A DNA stretch of 64,000 bases from a virus, in IMG/VR virus record IMGVR_UViG_3300005253_000004, positions 32,001 to 96,000 of that record; one strand, 5' to 3'. The number at the start of each line of letters is the position of its first letter. The first letter of the stretch is position 1. Made by a program: the position numbers and the translations under genes. Under the pieces are notes generated by a model. The model saw only the letters and a list, made by a program, of their open reading frames with translations. It was not told the DNA's origin and did not search any database. This document shows, in pieces, positions 49,417 to 57,413 of this stretch.

Positions 49417-49470
49417 CTCCTGTCAAAGGAAAGGTAGAAAACTGACCGTAAAAGCCCACTATGAGCCCAA
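49417..49470 (-). promoter_or_regulatory. intergenic element B copy 1 (others at 49865, 50520, 51108)
   Basis: TACGGTCAGTTTTCTACCTTTCCTTTGACAGGAG; similar sequence precedes four RBSs. Confidence 0.65.
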
Positions 49471-49471
49471 G

Positions 49472-49678
49472 TCAGCTACCTTCCCTGATGATACGCTTGT
49501 TCTCAGCGTCCCACTTGGCAACAGCCGTCTCAGCCTCGTCGAGCGCGTGCTTCACCAATGTGTGTAGCTCTGTGGGTAGTAGAGTCCAAGGATCCTCAGA
49601 TACCACCCATTCAGGGTCACAGAACAGCTTTGACTCAGCCTTCATCACTACCAGCTTAAACCTCTGCTTGGCGGGCAT
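49472..49678 (-). CDS. hypothetical protein
   Basis: GAGGAGG RBS. Confidence 0.6.
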   Translation of the reverse strand: MPAKQRFKLVVMKAESKLFCDPEWVVSEDPWTLLPTELHTLVKHALDEAETAVAKWDAENKRIIREGS

Positions 49679-49908
49679 GGTACCTCCTCAGGTCCTCATA
49701 GAGCCTCACCAAACGTGCCTTCGACGCTATCAGCGCCGCGATCTCAACCTTCAAGGCTTTGATATCCTTATCCAACATGGTACCTCCTATGCTTCGTCCA
49801 CGCCCAGATCTCGGTTATGCCACCCACAACCACAATCAGTGCTAGTACCATCAATCAATCAATCCTCCTGTCAAAGAAAACGTAACAAACTAACCGTAAC
49901 AACCCCTA

Positions 49909-50091
49909 CTAGACCCACCCCCTCAATACCCTAAGCTGGGACAAGCACACTTCTCTGTTCCTATAGGCCAGAGCTAACTGCTGCTCTCTCACCCCAGCGA
50001 TGCACAGTCGAACGTCCTGCCAGTAATCAATGCCTCTGCTGAACCACTTTACACCCATCAGAAGCTCTCGGATCAGGCTGTCGTGCATCAT
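49909..50091 (-). CDS. hypothetical protein
   Basis: AAGGAGG RBS. Confidence 0.55.
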   Translation of the reverse strand: MMHDSLIRELLMGVKWFSRGIDYWQDVRLCIAGVREQQLALAYRNREVCLSQLRVLRGWV

Positions 50092-50129
50092 GGTGCCTCC
50101 TTATCACCTCCCTGAGTCATTGAGCTATG

Positions 50130-50513
50130 TTATAGGAGACCCTTCAACTGTTCCATCAGGAACAATCTCGGAGCGAGGATGATCTTTGCCACGGTGAACA
50201 GACAGACAAGGAACCCAGCAAGCGTAGCCCCACCACCGAAGAGCCCCAGCATGAAGGCAAAGCACGGATCTTCGCCGTTCTTTGATGTATCGAGGATGCG
50301 CCACAGCTTCACAGTTGCGTACATCACACCACCAAACGCCAAGCCCCAGAACACACTCCAGACTCCGTTGTAGAACAAACTGTAGGTCAGGATCTCTTGG
50401 ACCAGCAGCGGAGCCTGCTCCACTACGAAGCTCTCCGTTGATTCCACATACTCCATGACCTTGGCGATGGCCTCGCCGCCTTGTACCAGCAGTTTCTCAG
50501 TGACCTCGTTCAT
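50130..50513 (-). CDS. two-TM membrane protein
   Basis: EQAPLLVQEIL..TM..TM..KIILAPRLFL. Confidence 0.75.
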   Translation of the reverse strand: MNEVTEKLLVQGGEAIAKVMEYVESTESFVVEQAPLLVQEILTYSLFYNGVWSVFWGLAFGGVMYATVKLWRILDTSKNGEDPCFAFMLGLFGGGATLAGFLVCLFTVAKIILAPRLFLMEQLKGLL

Positions 50514-50582
50514 TTTGTACTCCTATGGCAAAGAAAACCAAAATTACATTAAAAACCCCTAGTACCCACTAAGAGCCCAATG

Positions 50583-50792
50583 CTACTTCTCGACGAAGAT
50601 CTGGCCCCGACTGTCAACCAGAAGCCCCGTCACTGTCTCATTGACCCCTGCGACAAGGCGTACTACGTTGCTGTTGTTCGTGAATGCCAGCACAAGGTAC
50701 CCATTGACAATCACATTCACACCTAGAGCCGTGTTCTCCAGCTCCACCTTACCCAGAGGCTCTGCTACCTCTTCCTTCGTTACGAATCTCAT
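50583..50792 (-). CDS. hypothetical protein
   Basis: AGGAG RBS. Confidence 0.65.
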   Translation of the reverse strand: MRFVTKEEVAEPLGKVELENTALGVNVIVNGYLVLAFTNNSNVVRLVAGVNETVTGLLVDSRGQIFVEK

Positions 50793-50807
50793 AATACTCT
50801 CCTGTGG

Positions 50808-50938
50808 CTATGATACCTCATGCATCATAGACCAAGAACACAGAGCCAAAGCAAGCATACTCGGAGTCACTCAAGCAACAACGCTCCACTTGAGGCTAGC
50901 CTTTCGCCCTTCGACCCTGCGCCCTTGGTCTATGCTGC
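50808..50938 (-). ncRNA. structured RNA element A, copy 3 (30-bp stem with G-U pairs and inner domain)
   Basis: GCAGCATAGACCAAGGGCGCAGGGTCGAAG pairs with CTTTGGCTCTGTGTTCTTGGTCTATGATGC; 6 of 7 deviations are G-U wobbles. Confidence 0.8.
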
Positions 50939-51154
50939 TCAGATCAATTGTCGAGCTTCTCCTCTGTGCCGTGCTCCATGTATAGCTTATACGCTTGGTT
51001 ATGGACCAAATGGAACGCCCATAAGCCAGCCAAAGGCCCAGGTAACACCGCTGATAACGACTACATTGATGAAAGACACCGGATTTCCGAACTCGTACAT
51101 GTTCAATCTCCTATGGCAAAGGAAAAGCAGAAAACTGACCGTAAATACCCCTAC

Positions 51155-51212
51155 AACATAGACCAAAGGCTACAGAGCCTCTAGTACCGCCTCTGCGCCC
51201 TTGAGCTATGTT
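51155..51212 (-). ncRNA. structured RNA element A, copy 4
   Basis: AACATAG-CT-CAAGGGC-GCAGAG..CTCTGT-A-GCCTTTG-GT-CTATGTT. Confidence 0.7.
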
Positions 51213-51304
51213 ACTTCGGGGGTCAGCCTAACCTCCCATGAGGTATTCTAGCCCTCTGATGGCTGTGTAGACTATGACTCCGAGGCATATGATCTCGAAG
51301 AGAC

Positions 51305-51598
51305 TCAAGACCCGAACACGGTGCCCTTGAGAGCCGATGCCTTGATGCTCCAGAGGCTATCCTCGCGGCACCAACGCGCTTTGCCCCGTGACGAAGCGCC
51401 GTAGCGGATCGCCTTGAGCTGCTTACGCAGCTTCAGGTCGTCCTTGGGGATGCTGACGAACACGTACCGCTCACCGTAGGCCTCGGTGTTCTTTGCGTTC
51501 TCAGTGATAACGATGCCATTGTCCTTGCCAGCAGCGGCTATGACGGCATTGAGCTTCTTCAGCTCTTTGTGTGCTGCCTTCAGTTCGGTCTTGGTCAT
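51305..51598 (-). CDS. early protein, paralog of 45032 and 51882
   Basis: MTKTELK..KAIRYGASSRGKARWCREDSLWSI. Confidence 0.75.
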   Translation of the reverse strand: MTKTELKAAHKELKKLNAVIAAAGKDNGIVITENAKNTEAYGERYVFVSIPKDDLKLRKQLKAIRYGASSRGKARWCREDSLWSIKASALKGTVFGS

Positions 51599-51831
51599 TA
51601 TGTCTCCTTTTTAGTGAACCCCAAGTTGATCTCTCTGTCCCATCGTTGCTTCGTGAGCCTACGATGTTGTCGCTCTGCTACCGCGACCCTGTGCTGTTGA
51701 GCCTCCACCGCAGCTTTCAGAGTCTCCAGCTTGGTGCTTTGTACCTCGATCCTGGCTTCTTGGCGTCTGAGGTTGTCACACGCTCTGACGTACAAGTCCA
51801 TAGGGCTTTCTCTCTTGGAGAGTTTATACAT
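51598..51831 (-). CDS. coiled-coil hypothetical protein
   Basis: AGGAGG RBS. Confidence 0.65.
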   Translation of the reverse strand: MYKLSKRESPMDLYVRACDNLRRQEARIEVQSTKLETLKAAVEAQQHRVAVAERQHRRLTKQRWDREINLGFTKKET

Positions 51832-51881
51832 TTAGGCCTCCTGTGGCCTTGGACAAGGGGGCGAAAGGTCAATGAATCCGG

Positions 51882-52178
51882 TTACTTGCCGAACACGGTG
51901 CCTTCAAGGGCCGAAGTCAAGACGCTCCAGGCAACTTCGTCCTTGTTCCAGCGGGCCTTACCGTGCGCAAACCGGCCCCAACGCAGCGCCTTGATCTGCT
52001 TACGCAGCTCCGTGGAGGTCTTGGGGATCTTCACGAAGCTATAATCACCGAATTCGGCGTTCTTCGCGTTGACGTAGACCTCGATCTCCGTGTTGCCTTC
52101 GGCAATCTCGTGCTTTGCGATGAAGGCATTGAGTCGTTTGAGGTCAGCCTTAGCCTTGCGCAGTTCTGTCTTGGTCAT
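51882..52178 (-). CDS. first gene of early operon, paralog of 51305 and 45032
   Basis: MTKTELR..GKARWNKDEVAWSV; AGGAG RBS; start re-called. Confidence 0.75.
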   Translation of the reverse strand: MTKTELRKAKADLKRLNAFIAKHEIAEGNTEIEVYVNAKNAEFGDYSFVKIPKTSTELRKQIKALRWGRFAHGKARWNKDEVAWSVLTSALEGTVFGK

Positions 52179-52241
52179 TATGTTCTCCTGTCGGGGTATA
52201 GTGTTACCGTAGCAGCGGACTGCCCGCCGCTCGACAAAACG

Positions 52242-52270
52242 AGTATCGCACGTCAAGTCGAGAAAGTCAA
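52242..52270 (-). promoter_or_regulatory. strong early sigma-70 promoter TTGACT-N17-GATACT
   Basis: Same hexamers as the T7 A1 promoter, 17-bp spacer, TG extension. Confidence 0.75.
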
Positions 52271-52825
52271 ATCCTCAACAAAATCAACTACTTACACGAC
52301 CGACTTGCCGGTTCATACATGGTAAACCCCCCGCTAAGCTGCTGTTAATAACACTTTTTAGTGATACTGTTTAGTACTGATAATACCCTAGACAGGACGT
52401 GGGGTTACAGCAATAGTGCTTCAATGCCGTGGAGTTACAGCCTTGAGTACCTACTACTGTTTCCAAGGGGGGGGTGGGTCTATTGGTGTTGCCATCAGCT
52501 TAATATATCCAACTAGATCGCGGGGTTAGCCCAATCTGTGTAGTTTTAGACCCTTTTTGCTCTTTATGTGCTTTAATTAGACCGGTCATTCGCAAGAATG
52601 CCTTTATTTACGTGTACTTAGCCTTATTCCTTAGTGTATACCCACAAGAACCCAGAGGACAAGAGGTCTAGAGAGCCTAAGTAGTGGTTATAACGTACAC
52701 ATGGGGGTTTATGGTGGTAGTAGGGGTGTTTATGGTAAGTGTTCGTTGTTTCTTACGAATCTCTTGACTTGGTTGAGTCCGGACTCGGGTATCAGACCCC
52801 CGAAAAGGGGCCATTTAGGTGTTAT
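52271..52825. other. about 550-bp non-coding region with short repeats and a G run (candidate genome end or origin)
   Basis: No ORF; CGTGG(G/A)GTTACAGC x2 and related motifs; G run near 52467. Confidence 0.5.
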
Positions 52826-53140
52826 TTAGGGGGCTTTTTGAGCAATTTGCATTATGGCGTACGCATGTTCTGATTCGAGCATCAAATACAAACATTCCAG
52901 CTCCTCCGGAGGCGATCTCAGACAGCGGGAGCAAGCCCAGCAGGGATCGGGGTGTCTTGCTCTCATGGGGAACTCGGCGTTCAAGTACAATACTAGTAGG
53001 TACTCAAGGCCCCCTTTGAGCACCGGTTGGCACAGGTGGTACATGTGGTGTAACCCCGAAACACTCGAAACACTCGATTTCGCTATCACCCAGTCGTTCA
53101 TTTCGAGCTTGATTTTTAGTCTGGAGCCGTCTTTAGTCAT
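52826..53140 (-). CDS. Zn-finger family member (tandem array)
   Basis: NDWVI..MYHLC..CSRCLRSPPEELECL. Confidence 0.8.
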   Translation of the reverse strand: MTKDGSRLKIKLEMNDWVIAKSSVSSVSGLHHMYHLCQPVLKGGLEYLLVLYLNAEFPMRARHPDPCWACSRCLRSPPEELECLYLMLESEHAYAIMQIAQKAP

Positions 53141-53382
53141 GCTCCCTCCTTCAAGAACCAGAACATGGCCTGGATGCCCTCCGGAGGAGCCTCCCTACAT
53201 GCGAAACACGGGATACCCCGGTAGCAAAGACCGTAAACGAACGGATGCCATTCCAAATCGCTTCCGCATTTATGCCTACTGCAGGAACCACGGCATCTAT
53301 GCTCGATGCTGATCGCCCGGATGGAGTTCAAATTGCGCCAGGCAAGCCGGAATGCCCCGATAGTGATTAGAGGCTCAGTCAT
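53137..53382 (-). CDS. Zn-finger family member (tandem array)
   Basis: GAFRL..IEHRC..CFACREAPPEGIQAMF. Confidence 0.85.
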   Translation of the reverse strand: MTEPLITIGAFRLAWRNLNSIRAISIEHRCRGSCSRHKCGSDLEWHPFVYGLCYRGIPCFACREAPPEGIQAMFWFLKEGA

Positions 53383-53653
53383 TTTCCCTCCTAGAGTCCA
53401 TATCTCCGGTCAGCATGACAAACAGCGCCTGAAGACCCTCAGGGACACGGGAGTGACATTGCGTGCAAGGATATTGGAAGTACCGATAGATGTCTCGCCG
53501 AGCTGTCCACCACGAATGTTCACAGTTATGCCACAGATAATACAAGTAAGGGGTTCCTTGCTGGTGTTCTGGCGTTCCTTCTGTTTGCTCGTACAGCCCC
53601 CACCCTGCTTCAAAGGCGATGGGGTCAGGTTGCGGTTTCGGTTCAGTATCCAT
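53375..53653 (-). CDS. Zn-finger family member (tandem array)
   Basis: EAGWGL..LWHNC..CTQCHSRVPEGLQALF. Confidence 0.85.
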   Translation of the reverse strand: MDTEPKPQPDPIAFEAGWGLYEQTEGTPEHQQGTPYLYYLWHNCEHSWWTARRDIYRYFQYPCTQCHSRVPEGLQALFVMLTGDMDSRREND

Positions 53654-53656
53654 AGT

Positions 53657-53878
53657 CTACTCCTCCTTCATGAATAAGAGCATCACTTGGATACTGTCCG
53701 GAGCTCTCTCTTGACAATTCCGACAAGGGCGATGACAAAGGCTAGGGGTTCCGCTAAACCCTTCCCATCGGTCCTTACACCGGTGCTCGATGAACCACCA
53801 GTCATATCCGCCCTTGTACCTGTACCGGGATAATCGGAAGTTTCCATATTCAAAGCGGACCGTTTTGTAGTCAGCCAT
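53657..53878 (-). CDS. Zn-finger family member (tandem array)
   Basis: GNFRL..IEHRC..CRNCQERAPDSIQVML. Confidence 0.85.
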   Translation of the reverse strand: MADYKTVRFEYGNFRLSRYRYKGGYDWWFIEHRCKDRWEGFSGTPSLCHRPCRNCQERAPDSIQVMLLFMKEE

Positions 53879-54110
53879 TGGGCTCTTCCTTCATAATCCA
53901 GAATATCGCTTGAAGGCCGTCTGAGGGACGACTCTTACACCAAGAGCACTTCCACCCCCGCGCCTGGACGCTGAAGATACGTCCGCGCCAGCAACCTTCA
54001 TCGTCGTGGCCTTCTGGCACGGGGCACTTGTGCTCTAGGTACGTGTGCCGCATTATTGTCCCCATGTGCCGGCGGACCAGTCGGTAATCATTGTCAGTTT
54101 TGAGAACCAT
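53871..54110 (-). CDS. Zn-finger family member (tandem array)
   Basis: NDYRL..LEHKC..CSWCKSRPSDGLQAIF; start re-called. Confidence 0.8.
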   Translation of the reverse strand: MVLKTDNDYRLVRRHMGTIMRHTYLEHKCPVPEGHDDEGCWRGRIFSVQARGWKCSWCKSRPSDGLQAIFWIMKEEPNG

Positions 54111-54124
54111 CAAGGTCGCCTCAA

Positions 54125-54550
54125 TCAGTAGGCCCTTCCTAAGGGGAGTAAAACCCCGCCTGACCAAGGCCCAAATGTACCCGGCGGGTCGTCTTCTTCC
54201 ACGCGCCTGCGCAGTTCCAGGACTTCGCTTACCTCCAAGGAGGTGTTGTCCGGCTCCAGCAGGCACCAGACAGCAACGATGCTTGCGGGTGGAACTGCGA
54301 AGCAGTTCTCGCAGTGCCAGTTGGGCTTGATCTTCCGGGTCCCGTTGATAGAGAAGTCAGACCCTATGTCGGCTCGGTACTCACAGAGGTACATATCCCA
54401 TTCAGTCTTTTCGCACTGGTGCCAGAGCCCATGCGTGGTGAACCTGTTATGATACTGGAGGATCCTCCACCGGCCTCGTTTGAGCTTCTCAGCACCGTAC
54501 TCTGTTTCGATGTACTCTGCTTGGGACTTCCATACGCCTTTCAGACTCAT
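54125..54550 (-). CDS. Zn-finger family member (tandem array)
   Basis: RGRWRI..LWHQC..CENCFAVPPASIVAVW; start re-called. Confidence 0.8.
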   Translation of the reverse strand: MSLKGVWKSQAEYIETEYGAEKLKRGRWRILQYHNRFTTHGLWHQCEKTEWDMYLCEYRADIGSDFSINGTRKIKPNWHCENCFAVPPASIVAVWCLLEPDNTSLEVSEVLELRRRVEEDDPPGTFGPWSGGVLLPLGRAY

Positions 54551-54813
54551 GACCCCTCCATCAAGAACCAGAAACACGCCTGAAGCCCTTCGGCGGGGCG
54601 TTCTTTGCATAAGGGGCATTCCGTGCCTCGGTTGCCGGTCGTGTAGATCATCCCACGCCATTGTTCTTCCCATTTAAGGCCAGCAACAGAGCACTTGTGC
54701 TCGATGAGGATTACTGCGGGGAGATACACGGCGCCCATCCCGGTTTGACGGGTGTACTGGCGAATTCGCCATCTGTCGATCTGGAGGTGGACTGTCGATC
54801 CGAGGTCACTCAT
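54547..54813 (-). CDS. Zn-finger family member (tandem array)
   Basis: DRWRI..IEHKC..CPLCKERPAEGLQACF. Confidence 0.85.
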   Translation of the reverse strand: MSDLGSTVHLQIDRWRIRQYTRQTGMGAVYLPAVILIEHKCSVAGLKWEEQWRGMIYTTGNRGTECPLCKERPAEGLQACFWFLMEGS

Positions 54814-55049
54814 GGCTTCATATCCCCTGTCATCAGGACGAACATTGCTTGGATCCCTTCGGGGACTGCTTTATGACACCAACCACAAGGGTGGTGTAGC
54901 CCTCTATACCTATACCGAGTAGCCACTAAGCCAGTGGTGTCTAGACATACGTGATGAAGAAAGTGACTCATTTGCCAGCTAGGGCTCTGGTCTTGTGTGA
55001 CGCAGAGGTCCCAGGTATCCTCAGACCAGATGACGTCTTTGGTCTTCAT
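54810..55049 (-). CDS. Zn-finger family member (tandem array)
   Basis: DTWDL..LHHVC..CGWCHKAVPEGIQAMF. Confidence 0.85.
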   Translation of the reverse strand: MKTKDVIWSEDTWDLCVTQDQSPSWQMSHFLHHVCLDTTGLVATRYRYRGLHHPCGWCHKAVPEGIQAMFVLMTGDMKP

Positions 55050-55429
55050 GGCTTGTACTCCCAGATCTGTCCAGGCTGCCCGATCGGTGTGCCACTACCC
55101 ATGTAGAAGAAACCCCCTGGGACTAGGTAGAGGTAGTTCGAGGAGTAGAAGGGTGAGAGCTCTTCTTGGTACTGGGGTTCTTCTAGGAGGTCGAAGTTCT
55201 TCAGCTTCCATAATCCCATGATCGAGTCCGGGATATCTGCTCCACAATGCATACAGGTCTGCATCGTCTTCATTTCCCAGGTGCTGATCGGCTTGTACTG
55301 GAGCAGAAAGTTCCACTTCCATTTGCACTTGTGATAAACTGTATCGAACATATCCTCGTACCCAGGGATACCCTTGATGATCCAGCCTTGATCCTTAAAT
55401 AGAACTCCTTCGTCACGCAAGCGACTCAT
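55046..55429 (-). CDS. Zn-finger family member (tandem array)
   Basis: DQGWII..VYHKC..CMHCGADIPDSIMGLW. Confidence 0.85.
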   Translation of the reverse strand: MSRLRDEGVLFKDQGWIIKGIPGYEDMFDTVYHKCKWKWNFLLQYKPISTWEMKTMQTCMHCGADIPDSIMGLWKLKNFDLLEEPQYQEELSPFYSSNYLYLVPGGFFYMGSGTPIGQPGQIWEYKP

Positions 55430-55701
55430 CCGTGCTCCTGCCCGTATCGCACCAGCTCCCAAAACCCAACCAGCTCAGTAGGAACGTCGGCGCAACAGTG
55501 GCTACAGCGTGGGTCGCCTTGAGGGTCATGTATCATGTTGGCATCCTTCTTCCACACGCTGGAGCATCGATGCCACAATGTGGCAGTCGGTTGCCTCGCT
55601 CTGCCCTTCGACGGCGGGCCTAAGTATTCATCGTTGATGATGAAGAACCCATCATCCTCCCACAGGATTTTCCGATCGAGAAACTTAGGCACGGTAGTCA
55701 C
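55426..55701 (-). CDS. Zn-finger family member (tandem array)
   Basis: DDGFFI..LWHRC..CSHCCADVPTELVGFW. Confidence 0.85.
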   Translation of the reverse strand: MTTVPKFLDRKILWEDDGFFIINDEYLGPPSKGRARQPTATLWHRCSSVWKKDANMIHDPQGDPRCSHCCADVPTELVGFWELVRYGQEHG

Positions 55702-56052
55702 TCAAAACGGCATGCCGCGCAGCGAATCGGCCCAAGGATCCGGCTCCGAAGCGTCTGCTATTTCATTTGTACTGCGGTCCCAGTCTAGCATGATGTAGGC
55801 CCCGGTTAGTCCTTCGGGGCTGAGAGCGTTGCACATCGTGCAGCGCCAGCCCTGCTCATCCGGACTAGAATCGAAGCTCCTCCACGCGCCGTACCTGCAC
55901 TCATAGATGGTACGGTGCTTGACGAGTTCTTCATCGCCGTAGTCATCGCAGTTGTGCCAGATCCGGACGTCCTTGCTCAATGCACTTTTCAGTAGCCGAA
56001 ACCGACCTTCTCGCATCAGCATTTGCATGTATGCCCTAGGTTGGTGCGTCAT
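55702..56052 (-). CDS. Zn-finger family member (tandem array)
   Basis: EGRFRL..IWHNC..CTMCNALSPEGLTGAY. Confidence 0.85.
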   Translation of the reverse strand: MTHQPRAYMQMLMREGRFRLLKSALSKDVRIWHNCDDYGDEELVKHRTIYECRYGAWRSFDSSPDEQGWRCTMCNALSPEGLTGAYIMLDWDRSTNEIADASEPDPWADSLRGMPF

Positions 56053-56327
56053 CCTAGCATAGCCTCCATATGTGTCATCTGCCATAAAGCTTGGATACTC
56101 TCGGGGATTTCTTCTTCGCACAACCCACAGCGAGGGGTGTTCTTCATGTTATCAGAGTGGACTACGAGTTCTTTTCGATCATCCTTAGGGCATTCATGAA
56201 GCACGATAGGTGCCTCGGAAAGGTGCTTCCACTTCACACCCCACTTAGTGGGTGCGAGGAGTTTCCACGTTCCTTCTTGGATTATAGGCGTATCGTTGTA
56301 CAAGTAGCGATCATCTTCTAGTCCCAT
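56049..56327 (-). CDS. Zn-finger family member (tandem array)
   Basis: EGTWKL..VLHEC..CGLCEEEIPESIQALW. Confidence 0.85.
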   Translation of the reverse strand: MGLEDDRYLYNDTPIIQEGTWKLLAPTKWGVKWKHLSEAPIVLHECPKDDRKELVVHSDNMKNTPRCGLCEEEIPESIQALWQMTHMEAMLG

Positions 56328-56339
56328 GGGTTCTTCCCT

Positions 56340-56546
56340 TTATCGCTTCTGGGGGCCTTCCGGCACCTTGAGGATGGTCCTGCTTTTGTCTAGCTTGCAG
56401 CCCTCGTCACAGTGGAACTTCATACTTTTTCTGCCGAACAGTTTCACGGCCTTCACAGGCTTATTGTGATTCCGACAGTAACGTATTTTCGAAAACCCTG
56501 CCGCACTCGGAAGGACTGTTCTCGGATTGCGCATTCGTTTACCCAT
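56340..56546 (-). CDS. small basic Cys/His protein
   Basis: CRNH..CDEGC; GGAGG RBS. Confidence 0.6.
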   Translation of the reverse strand: MGKRMRNPRTVLPSAAGFSKIRYCRNHNKPVKAVKLFGRKSMKFHCDEGCKLDKSRTILKVPEGPQKR

Positions 56547-56719
56547 TACCCCTCCGTAGGCTCCTTAATTCTGCGTTGGATCTCTCTGCGAATATCAGCC
56601 ACTATATACCCGCTACCCGAGTCGTCGTTGAAATAATCCTCATTGTCGTCTATGTATTCTATAAGTTCCTTCAGCTCGGCTTTGACTGCCATCTCTGCCG
56701 CGTATCTATTAATTCCCAT
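56546..56719 (-). CDS. small hypothetical protein
   Basis: Start re-called at MGINRY (AGGAG). Confidence 0.6.
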   Translation of the reverse strand: MGINRYAAEMAVKAELKELIEYIDDNEDYFNDDSGSGYIVADIRREIQRRIKEPTEG

Positions 56720-56727
56720 GGTGTCTC

Positions 56728-57057
56728 CTATGAGATTGGTGCTTCGTAAAGTCTGACTGCCATCGCAATGCCTTTGTCGAGAACGAACCCACACCCTTCA
56801 CACCAATACATCGGGCCGTCGTTGTTCTCGCGGAGCGTCATCTCTTTGTAGTCTTCTCGTCCTTCGCAGTGGTGGACGAGCATTTCGTGCGGAACTGTGT
56901 TGTACTTAACGAGGTACACGTTTTCGGCTATTTTCTTCACCGAAGATTCCGTCTTTTGCGTCTCTTCTTTGGAAGGGACTCGTTGGTAAACGGTGTCACC
57001 CTGACCGAAGAACGCGGGGCGAGCACGACGAATGATGCGAGCTATACCTTCCTTCAT
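56728..57057 (-). CDS. divergent Zn-finger family member
   Basis: LVHHC..CEGCGFVLDKGIAMAV. Confidence 0.7.
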   Translation of the reverse strand: MKEGIARIIRRARPAFFGQGDTVYQRVPSKEETQKTESSVKKIAENVYLVKYNTVPHEMLVHHCEGREDYKEMTLRENNDGPMYWCEGCGFVLDKGIAMAVRLYEAPIS

Positions 57058-57413
57058 AGCTCCTCCTCCATGATGATGATCCCTTTGATCCCATCAGAGA
57101 GGGTTTTCTCACAGCGACGGCACTTACCGTAGATGCTGATACCTCCTCCTTTGGTCTTGTAATACTCTACCCATGACGGAGCCCTGATCCTATCGTCGTC
57201 ACAGGCATGTGCCAATCGAGACCCTAGATCGTATTGTAGGGCCCTCCATGACGCGAACGAAAACCAGAGCGGGGAGTTCCTAGCAACGACGTTCAGCCGA
57301 GTGTACTCCTTCTGGACCCTCTCTACGATGACAGGCTTCGGGCACCAGTACCAGTCATCAATCTGAGGCCACATCTCTTTGCGGATGAGCGTTTTCCGAT
57401 GGTAGCTTCTCAA
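57054..57413 (-). CDS. divergent Zn-finger family member
   Basis: LAHAC..CRRCEKTLSDGIKGII; TTG start re-called. Confidence 0.65.
   Translation of the reverse strand: MRSYHRKTLIRKEMWPQIDDWYWCPKPVIVERVQKEYTRLNVVARNSPLWFSFASWRALQYDLGSRLAHACDDDRIRAPSWVEYYKTKGGGISIYGKCRRCEKTLSDGIKGIIIMEEEL

Noticed and set aside
44962-51212. Element A as hammerhead ribozyme or intrinsic terminator
   Set aside because: No CUGANGA/GAAA core and no U tract directly after the stems.
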